This document shows, one piece after another, positions 47,142 to 58,310 of a DNA stretch of 64,000 bases. This DNA comes from Ramazzottius varieornatus (taxonomy: Eukaryota; Animalia; Tardigrada), in the NCBI GenBank assembly GCA_001949185.1, contig BDGG01000001.1, forward strand, positions 2,931,324 through 2,995,323. The letters are read 5' to 3'. The position numbers and the translations under genes were made by a program. How positions within the stretch are numbered: position 1 is the stretch's first letter; each line of letters starts with the position of its first letter. Below the pieces are notes generated by a model. It did no database searches. It had not been told where the DNA came from and saw only the letters and a program-made list of their open reading frames with translations.

Positions 47142-49043
47142 ATGATGTTACCTCTGCTTTGTCTAGCCTTCGTGGCCCATATGCAGTTTACGGTAGGAAT
47201 GATCTTCCCAGGTGAGCAACTTGTCATGACACGCCCTTGATTGCCCGTTCATTTGGCTCACTTGCATGTTGGAATTGCGGTACTGATTCTGTATCACAGG
47301 TTCGAGGTTCCGCCCTTCCAGAATCCTGTCTCGTCTGTGGGATGATGAAAGTATGTCAAGTATGTCCAGACCGCACAATAGTGCGCAAAGGTTCTTGATG
47401 GATGAAACTCAGAGACGGCCTGCGCCATCGATGAGGGCGGATACTCGCATGATGAGCTGTATACCGGATCAATTGCCCACACTTCAGTTTCCGGGAACCT
47501 GCGTCGAGGACAGCCGACTTGAAGCAATGTGTTCGGAACGGGAACTCAGCGCGTCGAAAGACTGCACTGACGGAAGCTTCTGTTGTTACTGTAAGTATGT
47601 ACCGAAACAAAAATCAGTCAAAAATCGATAAAATTCAGTCAACGGAAAGAATCACACAAATGCTAAATGTATTAACACTCTGCGTACGACCGTCCTCTTT
47701 GTGTATATAATCACTCAGTTTTATTCACCTCCCAGTTTTAGCTTTTGGTCTTTCGGGTCTGGGTCTTTTTTTTCGCATGTACCTCGGTCCTCTCACCAGA
47801 GCACAACTGATGACCAGCGGTCAGCAAAACCCCAGCACGCTGGAAAATTTTTCTACGATTTCGGGTGGTTTTGGTGACATTTGGTGTTTCGTCTCTTCGC
47901 GCGAGACACGTGCACGGTATTCGCTTAGAAAAAAACTGGAGCACTGGGGACAGTCTTATCTACCGAAGCCGAGCCTAGGATAAATTTTGTAGTCATCAGT
48001 GCGGTCAGAAGAAAATCAAGACGACCAGTTTCCTGCACGGGATCGAACCCTTTTGAGAGACGGCGTTTATGGCCTGCCCATTATCCAAATTTTGAGATTT
48101 CGAAAATTGTCTATTGGTTGGGCCAGGCTCCGCAACACGGTACCTACCAATAGAATTCCTGTATATTCAAAGAGGACGGTAGTATTCTGCAAACATGAAA
48201 ACGATCGTGCTGAAAGTGTTAATGACATAAAGCTAAAATCTCGCCACCCAAGTGTGAAGGCCTTGTAGCTCAGTTGGTTAGAGCGCCGTGCTAATAACGC
48301 GGATGTCCACGGTTCGATCCCGTGCAGGGCCAACCTTTTACTCTTTTGTAAAGGGAGATGTATATGTATATTTTGTAGTCCCCGTTTCGAAAGGGAACTT
48401 CCTGATTCCACAGAGCATCGCGGATAATATTAACGCCATTGCTGCTATCGGCTTCGTTCGTCAACAAGCTCAAGAGCCGGCGACCCAAGCACCAACCCAG
48501 CCACCCCCGCCGCCTGAGACAGAGGCTCCCACTCCTGAACCTACTGCAGATCCCGCGCCTCCACCTCCTCCTCCTGCTCCCGTGCAAGTCAAAGCTCAGC
48601 TCGGCGATACCTGTAGTGGCCCGAATGATTGTCCGGACGCTGGAACAAGTTGTTTTAATGGTCGTTGTAATTGCTGGGCTACTCAAGGGTTCTCCGCAGA
48701 AGAACTCTGGGTAAGTGCAGGAAGAACCTTGTATCTTTTCGATTAACCTCTGATAGTTTCGTTTGATCGTACTGTCGACTTTATCTTTATCTGAATATAT
48801 ATTTACTACATCACTTCGACTTTCTTGTTTTCTAGTCTTGCACTGAGGACCATCACTGCCAAGTTTTCTTCCCAGGCCACGTGAGTTTCATTCTTGGGCC
48901 ATGAGATACACCGTTGAATTTACGAATGGGGGAAGGTTGATCAACGATCTTTCACGTTGTAGGTGTGTCGATCTAGCCAGCTATGCAACCAGTTCCGAGG
49001 AAAACTGGGATTCTGCCAGCCTCTAAGTTCGATCAAGAACTAG
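47142..49043 (+). CDS. Secreted protein: 6-Cys module, Pro/Thr-rich linker and C-terminal Cys-rich (EB/EGF-like) region
   Basis: Signal MMLPLLCLAFVAHMQFTVG; exons join in frame through CIPDQLPT...FCCY|FPVS...PPPPPAP...CSGPNDC..CFNGRCNC|SCTEDHHC|VCRSSQLC..GFCQP; stop 49043. Confidence 0.75.
48032..48049 (-). pseudogene. 18-nt fragment of the tRNA-Ile T-arm/acceptor region
   Basis: CCTGCACGGGATCGAACC is an exact reverse complement of part of the tRNA at 48259. Confidence 0.5.
48259..48332 (+). tRNA. tRNA-Ile(AAT), intronic
   Basis: GGCCTTG acceptor stem pairs with CAGGGCC-A; A-box TAGCTCAGTTGG; anticodon arm CCGTG-CTAATAA-CGCGG; T-loop GGTTCGATCCC; TTTT terminator just downstream. Confidence 0.95.
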
Positions 49044-49455
49044 AAAGTGAGTTTGTCGGCGTGTTGTGCTGCTGTTAGCTTAGCTGGATGTACTCTCCGA
49101 TTTTGCAGCGGAAGTTTTATACTGATAAGTTTTGTACGTGAAGCAAAAGCTGTCCTGTCATGTGATACAGTACTGTAAACCTTGGAAAACGGAAAACAAA
49201 TGCGACGAAAATATCAAAAAAAGGTTTTTTTCTTCCTTGTTTAATTGTTGTTGAATAAATTTTGCTGGTGACGTATCGTGCCGAATTTTTCTTGATGATT
49301 GGGTTACGTTTTTCTACGCTGAGCAATTATTGCGATTAAACATGCGCGACAAAAGAGGTAAATTGCAGCATGGAGAAGGCATCAAGTAAAAAGTCTGTTG
49401 CATGAATCTGCAACCCGAACAAAAACAGAACCTCGACGCATGGGAGTAATAACAT

Positions 49456-49501
49456 TGGCCCTGCACGGGATCGAACCGTGGACAATCCGCGTTATTAGCA
49501 C
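49456..49501 (-). pseudogene. 5'-truncated tRNA-Ile(AAT) copy
   Basis: Reverse complement GTGCTAATAACGCGGATTGTCCACGGTTCGATCCCGTGCAGGGCCA equals the 3' 45 nt of the intact tRNA with one inserted base; the D-arm/A-box is missing. Confidence 0.85.
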
Positions 49502-49832
49502 CTCCTGCCGGAGAAGCAGAAGTGCTTCGATGCGGCACTGTCAAGGCTGTCTGTTGATTGAATTGATTGCGGAAGCTCGATGAATAGACAAAGAGGACAT
49601 TCAGTCATTTAATCGTTTTATCAATCTTTTCTTGAAAGCCTCCGCTATACGCTCGTGGAGGATCCATCTACTACCTCTGGTGCTCGAGTACTAACTGATC
49701 GATGGGGTGACTGGAGTTCTTGATGGTACTGGCAGGTCTCGTGAACGGCGACTTTGCAAGGTTGCTCAGGCTGAAAGATTCCACGCGATCAGCGAGTTGG
49801 ACGTAAACGCTTGAAGACACCATCGTACCAAT

Positions 49833-52677
49833 ATGCTCCTTACGGACGTCGAGGATCTTCTGTGTAAGTGATGATGCATCGGTAGAACAGTACCGTGAGT
49901 CTGCAGAAGGTTAGCCCGTGTGCTTTGTAGTTCGCTTGACCGACCCTCGGACCTCTTCTCGGGAGCAAGATGTGGAGACTGACTTTATCAAGGCAATCCA
50001 GTCGGATAACGCTGTGCTAGCTCATTCCCTCCGGACATTAGCTCACAGAGTGCAATCACCGTGCGAGCGAGAAGCCATTAACGCACTTGCAGTAAGCGAT
50101 GTCTTTTAACCGCAAACGATCCGGCTAGGATAAGAAGTATGTCGATGGAAGCTGTGAGTATTTCTGTTTGAAGACTCTGGACAATATCGCGAAACGTGGC
50201 GGTCGGGGTGTGCAATCAGAATTGGGCAAGTTTCGCTTCTTGAATGAGCTGATCAAAGTTGTGTCTCCCAAGGTAAGTATCACAAAGCAGTCTTCTCCAG
50301 TGTTGTTGTTTTGGAGCTTGAAAAGTCCGCTGTACTAAGTAGTTTGTTGAAGCGTTTCCTGTCAACCGGAAGTGATATTGAGCCATTTCTATTGTAGTAT
50401 TTGGGAGATAAGACAACAGATGCCGTGAAGCAGAAGGTGATCAGCCTTCTCTTTCATTGGAGCCAGATGATGCGTTACGAGCAAAAGGTGGTGGAAGCGT
50501 ACAATATGTTGAAACAGCAAGGCATCGTGAAGGACGATCCCGCTTCGGCTGAACCACCTCCTCCGCCTCCTGCAGCCAGACCAAAAAACCCTATCATCGA
50601 AGATGAAGAACGCGCTCGAGTGAGACATCTTTTAGCTGTTTCTAGTCGAAATGGTCCTTATGTGTCGGGTTGCAGTTACTGAGGAAGCTGCTGCAAAGCC
50701 GCGAGCCTGCCGATATGGTCGCCGCGAATCGCCTGATCAAAAGTATGGTGCGTGAAGATGACCAGCGCATGGAGAAAATCATCCGTCGTCATTCCGACCT
50801 GATCCATATAAAAGAGAACGCTAAGCTGCTGTCCGATATGCTGAAGCAATACTCGCCTGCCAGCAGCTCGTTGCAAGAACGGGAGATCATGCGACAGCTG
50901 TTTGACTCCTGTGAGCTGCACCGACCAAAGGTTTTCAAGCTGGCTGCCGAAATGGCAGAAAACACCAACACGGAGACTGAAGATGGGCCTAGCCTTGGTA
51001 AGGACCCGTTATTAAGTCCGAAATAAGGTAATCAATAATCTCTGACTATTTCAAAGCCGACATTCTTTCGACGAGTGACGAGCTGACGGAAGTGATCGAA
51101 CGGTACCGGTCCCTCGGTCTTGCAGCCGAAAAGTTCGACGGCCGAAAACCTCACGAAGGTGCTCCTGGTAAGCGAAACTCGGTGACATTCTGGTGGTTTC
51201 TGAAGACAGCGGGAAAGATTTTCATCATAACCTTCACGGAAGTAAGGTTGTCTTTTAGCTGCATTGGTGTCTTTTGACGATAAGACACCTGGACCCTCGA
51301 CTTCTCGACCTTCCGCGCCACCTTTAAACAACAGCCCTGCTGTTCAGCCCACAAGTTCTTCCAAAGATGACGTCTTGTCCTTGCTCGAAGACGTCTTCTC
51401 AGATCCGGACACTCATTCAGCTCCGACGTTATTCCATCCCACACCTGTCCATCCTGTGCCTGTTCTGAACGGGTCAAAAATGCTGACAGCTGCCCCCATG
51501 CAGCCGGTCACTTTCCCACCGGCGATGTCTAACATATCTCGGGCAAACGATAGTCAAAATGGCTCGGGTAACTAAACCAGAGCAATATCATGCTAATTTC
51601 TGAACAGCAATCGAGAGATGTGTCATGTGGAAGTTCATCGCTTGTTGTTTTTCCAGCCCAAACGCCAGCGGCCATGGAGTCCCTCTCTTCCAAGCCGCGC
51701 GGTCTTGTTGACTTTGACGACATTACGAATAACTTCCTGGGAATGAATCTGGGAGATGCCCAGTTGAAGAGTCGATCCTTCCACGCTGCACTAGACACGT
51801 AAGTGTATGATGTGATGGGGAAAGTATCGCTTTAGTGTGTTGATTTTGGCTGTAGGAGACCCAAAGCAACTCTCAGTGAACTGCAGCGTGTCCTTCCTGC
51901 AACAAGCGATCTGTCGCCCAAGGGACATCCGAACAATGCAGCTCGATCAAGTTTCTCTCGCGACGAGGAACTTTTAGACTCTAATCCATTCCTTGCTTCT
52001 TCCTCTTCTTCAAGAACAGACTGCGTCAAGATGGCACCAGGTGGACTCAATAGCGCTTCGATCAATCGAGGATCCATCGGTGACATCTCGGTTTCCTTAC
52101 AAGACATCCAGCCCGGTACAATCGTTCATATTTCAAAGTATTGTTAATAGTCTAATTTCTGACAATTTTTCAACCATTGCAGAACCAGTGGAACCGATCC
52201 AGATCTACAACCAGAACCAACTCAACATCGTGCTGTATCGCACGAAGAACCGGCCAAGAGAAGACTGCGTAGTTTTCGTCGCATCTGCCAAAAGTTCCAA
52301 CTCGACTCTCGTCAAAGACTTCACTCTTTCCTTCTTCGCATCAAAGGTAAGAAACCGAGGAAAATTTGTCAACAATAAGAGTAATGGATGTTTTTCATTC
52401 ATCGATCGCTCAATAGGGCACTCAAGTAAAGATTCAGCCCACAACCTCTTCTGACATTCCTCCTTACAACCCAATCTTTCCGGCCGGCCCTGTTAGTCAC
52501 GTGCTGATCGTTGCCAGCGAAGCAAAGGTAAGTTTGGGTTGCTCTGCTAGAAAAGCTAAAGTGAACGGTTTTCGTCTCTTTTTGCAGCATCCTCTTTCCT
52601 TGCAATATCAGGTGGACTATACCTTGAACAACCGGGCGTACTCTGACAGTGGAACCACACCTCCTTTGCCCGTCTAG
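49833..52677 (+). CDS. GGA: ADP-ribosylation factor-binding protein GGA (VHS-GAT-hinge-GAE)
   Basis: LAHRVQSP.EREA..AL, ELGKFRFLNELIKVVSPK|YLG, AYNMLKQQGIVK, AANRLIKSMVRED, LQPTTSSDIPPYNP; the hinge contains LVDFDD (clathrin-box-like), DEELL and NPF. Confidence 0.92.
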
Positions 52678-53045
52678 ACTTTTGTGTGACAGGCTAGTCA
52701 GATCGATCGAGATGAAGTCGATACTTGGTGATTTCGTGTTGAATTTGGCAGCATTTCCGGTACGCATGTTGAGCTATGTAGTGTTTGATTTGATCTAGTC
52801 ATACAAGTGCAGTCGAAGCAATCGTATAGTGGAGATTTATTTATGATTATGATTTGAGGGAGGTAACGCGACATTACATTTTGACAGTTTTTCAAGTTTG
52901 ATGGATTTGATAGTAAATGTAAATCGGAGGACAGAATATCAACGTGGTTGTTTGAACATACAGTAAACGCGTTACGTCATAATCAGCTACATACATAGGT
53001 ATCACCGGTTTTTCATCCAAAATTTGTTATCACTATATCAATAAA

Positions 53046-53684
53046 TTAGCTCGTAACGAGGTCCACTGTTAGAAAGCCCTCCTTGGATAGGATCGCGGTT
53101 GCCGTTGTTGGGTCCACCGTTGCGGGTAGAACAACTTCTCGGTAGCAATCTTGATCTTTGCATATCGAAGACTTGTCATGGGGTATCACACAAACTCTTA
53201 ATTTATCATCCACAATCTGGACAGTGAGGTCTTCCGGTTGAAGTCCAGGTATCAGGTCGAAACTGTAGCGAATATTATTTCGACGGTTCTTTGCGTTTCC
53301 ATCGTGCACGTCGAAGCCATTGGTAGTGCGATATCCGCTTCCCGGGTGTCCGTTCTTGCTTGATTTGAGTATTCCGGGTCGTCTGGCAGTTGATGTCGTC
53401 CTTGTTGAAACTCCGCTCGTGAGTGTCGGTATCTCCTTGTCTTCTTGAGAGAAGTAGGTGGTGGACGTTGACTTTGTGATGGACTTCTTCGTTTCCAGGA
53501 AGGAAGATTCCAGTACGTCTTTTTTGGGGCCCACTGAAACGAGGGGGTCCTTCAGGTGTAAGGCGATTTCCGCTTTGAGTTGCGCAGCTTCCTTCTCCAG
53601 TTGCCGGCGGATCGCTTCAAAGTCGACCGGTTCGTGCTTGGTAGAATGTCCGTTCGTGAAGGTTTTAGTCTTTGCGGAAGTCAT
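53046..53684 (-). CDS. Small heat-shock protein-like (alpha-crystallin domain), intronless CDS
   Basis: C-terminal FDLIPGLQPEDLTVQIVDDKLRV...YREVVLPATVDPTTATAILSKEGFLTV; ATG 53684. Confidence 0.8.
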   Translation of the reverse strand: MTSAKTKTFTNGHSTKHEPVDFEAIRRQLEKEAAQLKAEIALHLKDPLVSVGPKKDVLESSFLETKKSITKSTSTTYFSQEDKEIPTLTSGVSTRTTSTARRPGILKSSKNGHPGSGYRTTNGFDVHDGNAKNRRNNIRYSFDLIPGLQPEDLTVQIVDDKLRVCVIPHDKSSICKDQDCYREVVLPATVDPTTATAILSKEGFLTVDLVTS

Positions 53685-54593
53685 GGTAAGAGATATCTGT
53701 AGCTGGGCGGAAGGATAAAAGCCCAGCCGGGACAAGGAAGCACGTTCGTGGTGGATCGATGGGAACCTTGAAAACTCGAAAACGTGACGAGCTTGGAACG
53801 AACAATGTTTCTCACACTCTCAGCCGCCTATTTTTAGCGTGAAGCTGTGAATGCATTGTTGTTTACTTATTCGCTCATATCAAGCTACAAATCTGCTGTA
53901 TTGCAATTTCACCGCAGAATACACCCGTGCTTATTCAACTTGATCTTAGATTTGCTTTGGCGCGCTTCAACCATGCATTCGATCAAGCCTCGTGGAAAAG
54001 ATGGTACTCGCCGAGGCAGCTTTTATTGCACACCATAAAGAACCACGTCAAATACCTTAAGTACCACAACCTTACTGATGATTATACCTACGTGAGTGAT
54101 CAAGGTTCCCCAACACAAGAACCACATCGAAACACTTTCCGCTGCGTAGTTCGCTGCAGGAACCGTACATCTTGACGCGTTGTTACATGCAGCCGGGTGG
54201 TCAACCTAATTAGCGAGACTTTTCGTTGTTAATTTGGCGTGACGGATGCGATGGAAGGTCGTGCAGAACAAATTATCGATCGTACTCCGATGGATTGAGA
54301 TGACTGTGCGTAGGTTTTCATTCCGCCGAACAATAGCTCCTCAACAACCCAAAAAAATTCTTTTGAGGAACGAAAGGGAGTTTTCGCAGTGCGACCTCGT
54401 GACACGTAAATATTTGAAAAGATCAGGGTCAAGATATGATGGACTATACTTGATTATGTGCTATACTATTCATGTAGAATAAAGCCATTCTCCTAGGTTT
54501 CTCTGTTGCACAGTAGAAGTTCGGAACGAAGAACCCAGTTACGAAGAAATATAGCAGTGGTATATTCCCACGGCCACGTCCGTGCTCGTTTGG

Positions 54594-54599
54594 TATAAA
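54594..54599 (+). promoter_or_regulatory. TATA box of the secreted Cys-rich gene
   Basis: TATAAA about 90 nt upstream of the ATG at 54683. Confidence 0.5.
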
Positions 54600-54682
54600 T
54601 GCCAGATGGCCGAGACCGTGCGGTCCATTCTTATTTTGTTTTCCATAACGCCATTTGCCAAAATCTTGGACCAGCTCTAAAC

Positions 54683-55538
54683 ATGCATTCGTTTTGGTTT
54701 TTTGTTGCTGTTTTAGCTGTCATGGGACTGGCAGCTGCCCAAGACTTCGGGATAACCTGTGATCAGACTGGACCGTCGAAGTGCACCAAGCCGGCTTTAG
54801 ATTACTTCATCCGTCGATATGAGGATCGCAAGACCAATCCACCGACGGACGAACGATGGTCCAGGGACATGCTGAAACAATGCCAGTAAGTTTTTTATGC
54901 TAACCAGAACTAGGAACGTTAAACTTTATCCCGTTCCCAACTTCCGGTCTTGGGTTGTTCGCAATCAGAAATTACTATGGAGCATATCTTATCTGAAACG
55001 CTTTTGGCTGCAGGCTGGATGACACCGGACGCAAGTGCCTGATCACTTTCGCTCGCAAGTGTCTTCCACCGCAACAAGTCCAGCAGATGAACTTGGATGT
55101 GAAGCAGAACTCAACGTGCGAGGAGAAGGTGGATCGTCTGACCAAAGGGTGCAAGTCAAATTCCTCGGTATGGTTCAGGACCTGCGAGAATCCATTGGTC
55201 GAGCGCCTGCACTCTTTCCTGACCATGACGCCGCACACAGTGCCACCTGCGCAGACGGAAGTGCAGCGTATTCATACTCAAATTTGCTGGTACGAGATCC
55301 GCGAATTGTAGTTTCAACAAACGTACCAACAGATGGTACCGTTCAATCGAGTTCACCCTCCAGACAGATTCATGGTTTCTTTTGCAGTGAAATCGACCAC
55401 TACAATACATGCATAATGGAAAAAGCCAAGCAAGAATGCAACGACTTTTCCACCACGATCTTCCAGCATATCATTTCCGACATGCGAGGCTCCTACCAGT
55501 GTGACCCGCGGAACACCTTTTCTGGGATCCACTGCTAG
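54683..55538 (+). CDS. Small secreted Cys-rich protein of unknown family (3 exons)
   Basis: Signal MHSFWFFVAVLAVMGLAAA; exons join in frame (..KQCQ|LDDTGRKC..TQICC|EIDHYNTC..GIHC*). Confidence 0.75.
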
Positions 55539-55887
55539 AATTATCAACAGGTCAATGTTGTCAAATGCTTTATCGCTGTTTCACAAAGAATATTACCACG
55601 AGATATGGTTCTTTTCATAGATCTTTCAGCTAGAGTTTTCTTTCTCCCCATCTACGCTGTGCGACAATGCTAGACAGCAGCTCGACCACCTTGACAGAAA
55701 CCGAGAAGTTCAAAGTTATCATAAAAAAACAAACGACAGAAATTAAAACAAAGTCGGCATCGATTTTCTGACAGATAGTCCGCATGCTCAAAATATGGCG
55801 AGAAGACTAGGATAATGTGATGGAATGAGATAGACTACAATAAAAACAGCTATTCGTGTTGGGAAGGCTGGTGATCCGCAAGATCCC

Positions 55888-57452
55888 TCATGGCTTGGCA
55901 ACTCGCCCCATGAAAGTAATGAGACGTGTGGGTTCATGGCGAATGGCAAACAAGAACGGATGGTCCGCGCGGAACTCCACCGGCTCCCGTTCTATCACCA
56001 TCATCCGCGTCATCATAATGGCCGTGGCTGCTGCAGCTTCTGTCCCCTTCTCATTCACTTCTGCATTTACAAAAAGCTGAGTGTATAGCACGTACAGCAA
56101 TTCTGGACATGATAGTAAACGACAGGAAAGAGGATGTTCGACATACCAACGAACGCCTTATGAACGGCGCCCGAAACGGATAGTCCGCCATCAGCGATGC
56201 CGCTCAGGTCGGCGCTGGCAAACAGGGTCTGAATGCCCATTTTTTGCAAGACATCCACCAGATCATACGACTGCTCCAGCTTGAAACGAGGAAGTCGAAG
56301 GTGGACTTTTCGGTTAGCCGTATTCTGGTACAAATGCTTCAGGGTCTGCATGTCGAAATGGCGCTCAAGATCCGCCAGTCCATTCTTGTTTTCGGGTAGG
56401 AGGACCAGCATGGACATTTCGCGCTGTTTGTACGGGATGACCGCCACCTGGAACCTCGGTACCTTGCCTGCCTGCTCTTGGTCTTCAAAGTTGTCGTAGT
56501 AATGAATCTTCTTCGTGATGTACATCATGTCAACGTCGCTTTCCCCGCCGCCAGCCGTAGCGAACTTTTCCTTCTTGGTGTCCGACTCGGAAAACTTGTC
56601 CAACCAGTCGGCTTTGAAGTAGATGGCGTTCACTAGAACCATCAAGGTGTGTGCGTCGATGGAGCCAGATGCCAGCAGATCTTTTATTTTGTTGTTCGTC
56701 TGCTTTTCCACCCACTGGTTAATTTCTTGGCGAACTCCTTCAGTGTTTCCCTGGAAGTCCACCTTTCCGACCTGCAGCGTCCAAACAAACGCAGTCAATC
56801 AACCAGCTCAAGATCGGCGTTTTGGCCGGGCAAACAAAAAGACATGACCACGTGATAACAGTCATACTTTCAAAGACAATGTATACGCTCACGTCAGTCA
56901 CGTGTCCCGTACAAGATTTTGCACTTTCCAATACGACACAAGTCGGGTTCGATTGATTATTAATTGGTGCGACAGACCACAATTTCTTTTCAATTTCCGG
57001 TCATTGTTTTGGTTTTTTTCTGGAATCTGGATGATTGATCGACCAGTGTCCATCTTGGTCCTTACCTCGCTGTTTAGCTGTGAGATTATGGTCTGCTCGA
57101 ACTGGGGCTTCAAGGTAAGATCTTGTCGAACGTAGGCCTTGTTGGCAAGCGCGAGTTGGTACGATGCTTCACCACTATCTTCGTCTTTTCCAGGTACAAA
57201 GACACGGAGCACCTCTTGATAGGCCGCCAGAACATCTTCCCGCTCCCCTCCGAACGACTTGCTCAGCTGGAGAGCGTGTTCGATTTCCTTCTTTGTCTCG
57301 TTGTTAGCTCCGACGTACACTAGCAGAAGAGCCGAGGATATGCTCAGCGGGGAAAGGAAGATGTTGTCATGGCTGGATTGCGAAGCGATCACTCCGTAGA
57401 GCTTCAACGAGAAATCATCCAGCGAAGCGCGCAGATTCTCCAGGTTGTCCAT
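55888..57452 (-). CDS. Intracellular (no signal peptide) inhibitory-type serpin
   Basis: [48 protein letters not shown], hinge [21 protein letters not shown]; ATG 57452. Confidence 0.95.
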
Positions 57453-58310
57453 GTTGGTTGCAGGAAGGAAGACAGATGGTAGTAAGGTCGGATAGATGAG
57501 GGAAAGGCAAGTCAAAGTCAGATATGTTTTTGGCTGCGGTTTCAAGCTGAAAAGTTCGAATGTTGACAGACTGCGTGATGAGCACAAGCGACTCCTTATT
57601 CACAACCGGTTCACATACAGCGAAACTCGGTGAATCATCGAAATGATGGCTCATAAAACTGAATGAATGGTTTTTTTCATTGCAGTCGCTGGTGAAGATG
57701 TGCACGTCTGGGCAAAGAAATTATAGACTTGGCAAAGTGGAAATTTGGCTTCCGGCCGAGGCATCACTGATGACGGAATAAACACGTGGACAGGTTTCCT
57801 GGGTCGTCTCAAGTTCTCTCGACTGACTCAAGCGAACAAGCCTTCGGTAGCTTCCGCCGTTCCTAAACTCGGTACGTACAATTGGTGAACACTTGAATGG
57901 TACAATGTGTCTCCTGTAGTACGTGCTCGGCAAGTACGATAGCACTGTTTATTAATCTTCGATCCTGAGTAGGTCCCTCAGTTCGCACCTTAGCGGGCTC
58001 AGGAACGTTCGATAGCGCGCTCGGTGTCGTTTTTACCTCTGGTGCATTGCGCGCACTGAAGAACCAGCACTGCGCATGAAAAGGAAACGTTGTAATTTGT
58101 ACAAAAGGTTAACAAGAGCAGAGATGAAAACCGAACAATAAAGGATTTCTGCCTAGGCAAGGTTATCTTCAAATGTCCAACAATCTGGTTTAAGGAAGAA
58201 CAAGAATCTGAAAATTCGAAGAGATACAGTAGCACTGACAGGGCACGGGTCCGATCACATGGCTCTGATCTACTAAAGTAATGTACCATCAGCAACCATA
58301 CTTCTTATCG

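Noticed and set aside
55540-55887. Possible alternative serpin RCL exon cassette, as in some arthropod serpins
   Set aside because: No second EGTEAAA...HPF exon downstream of the terminal exon.
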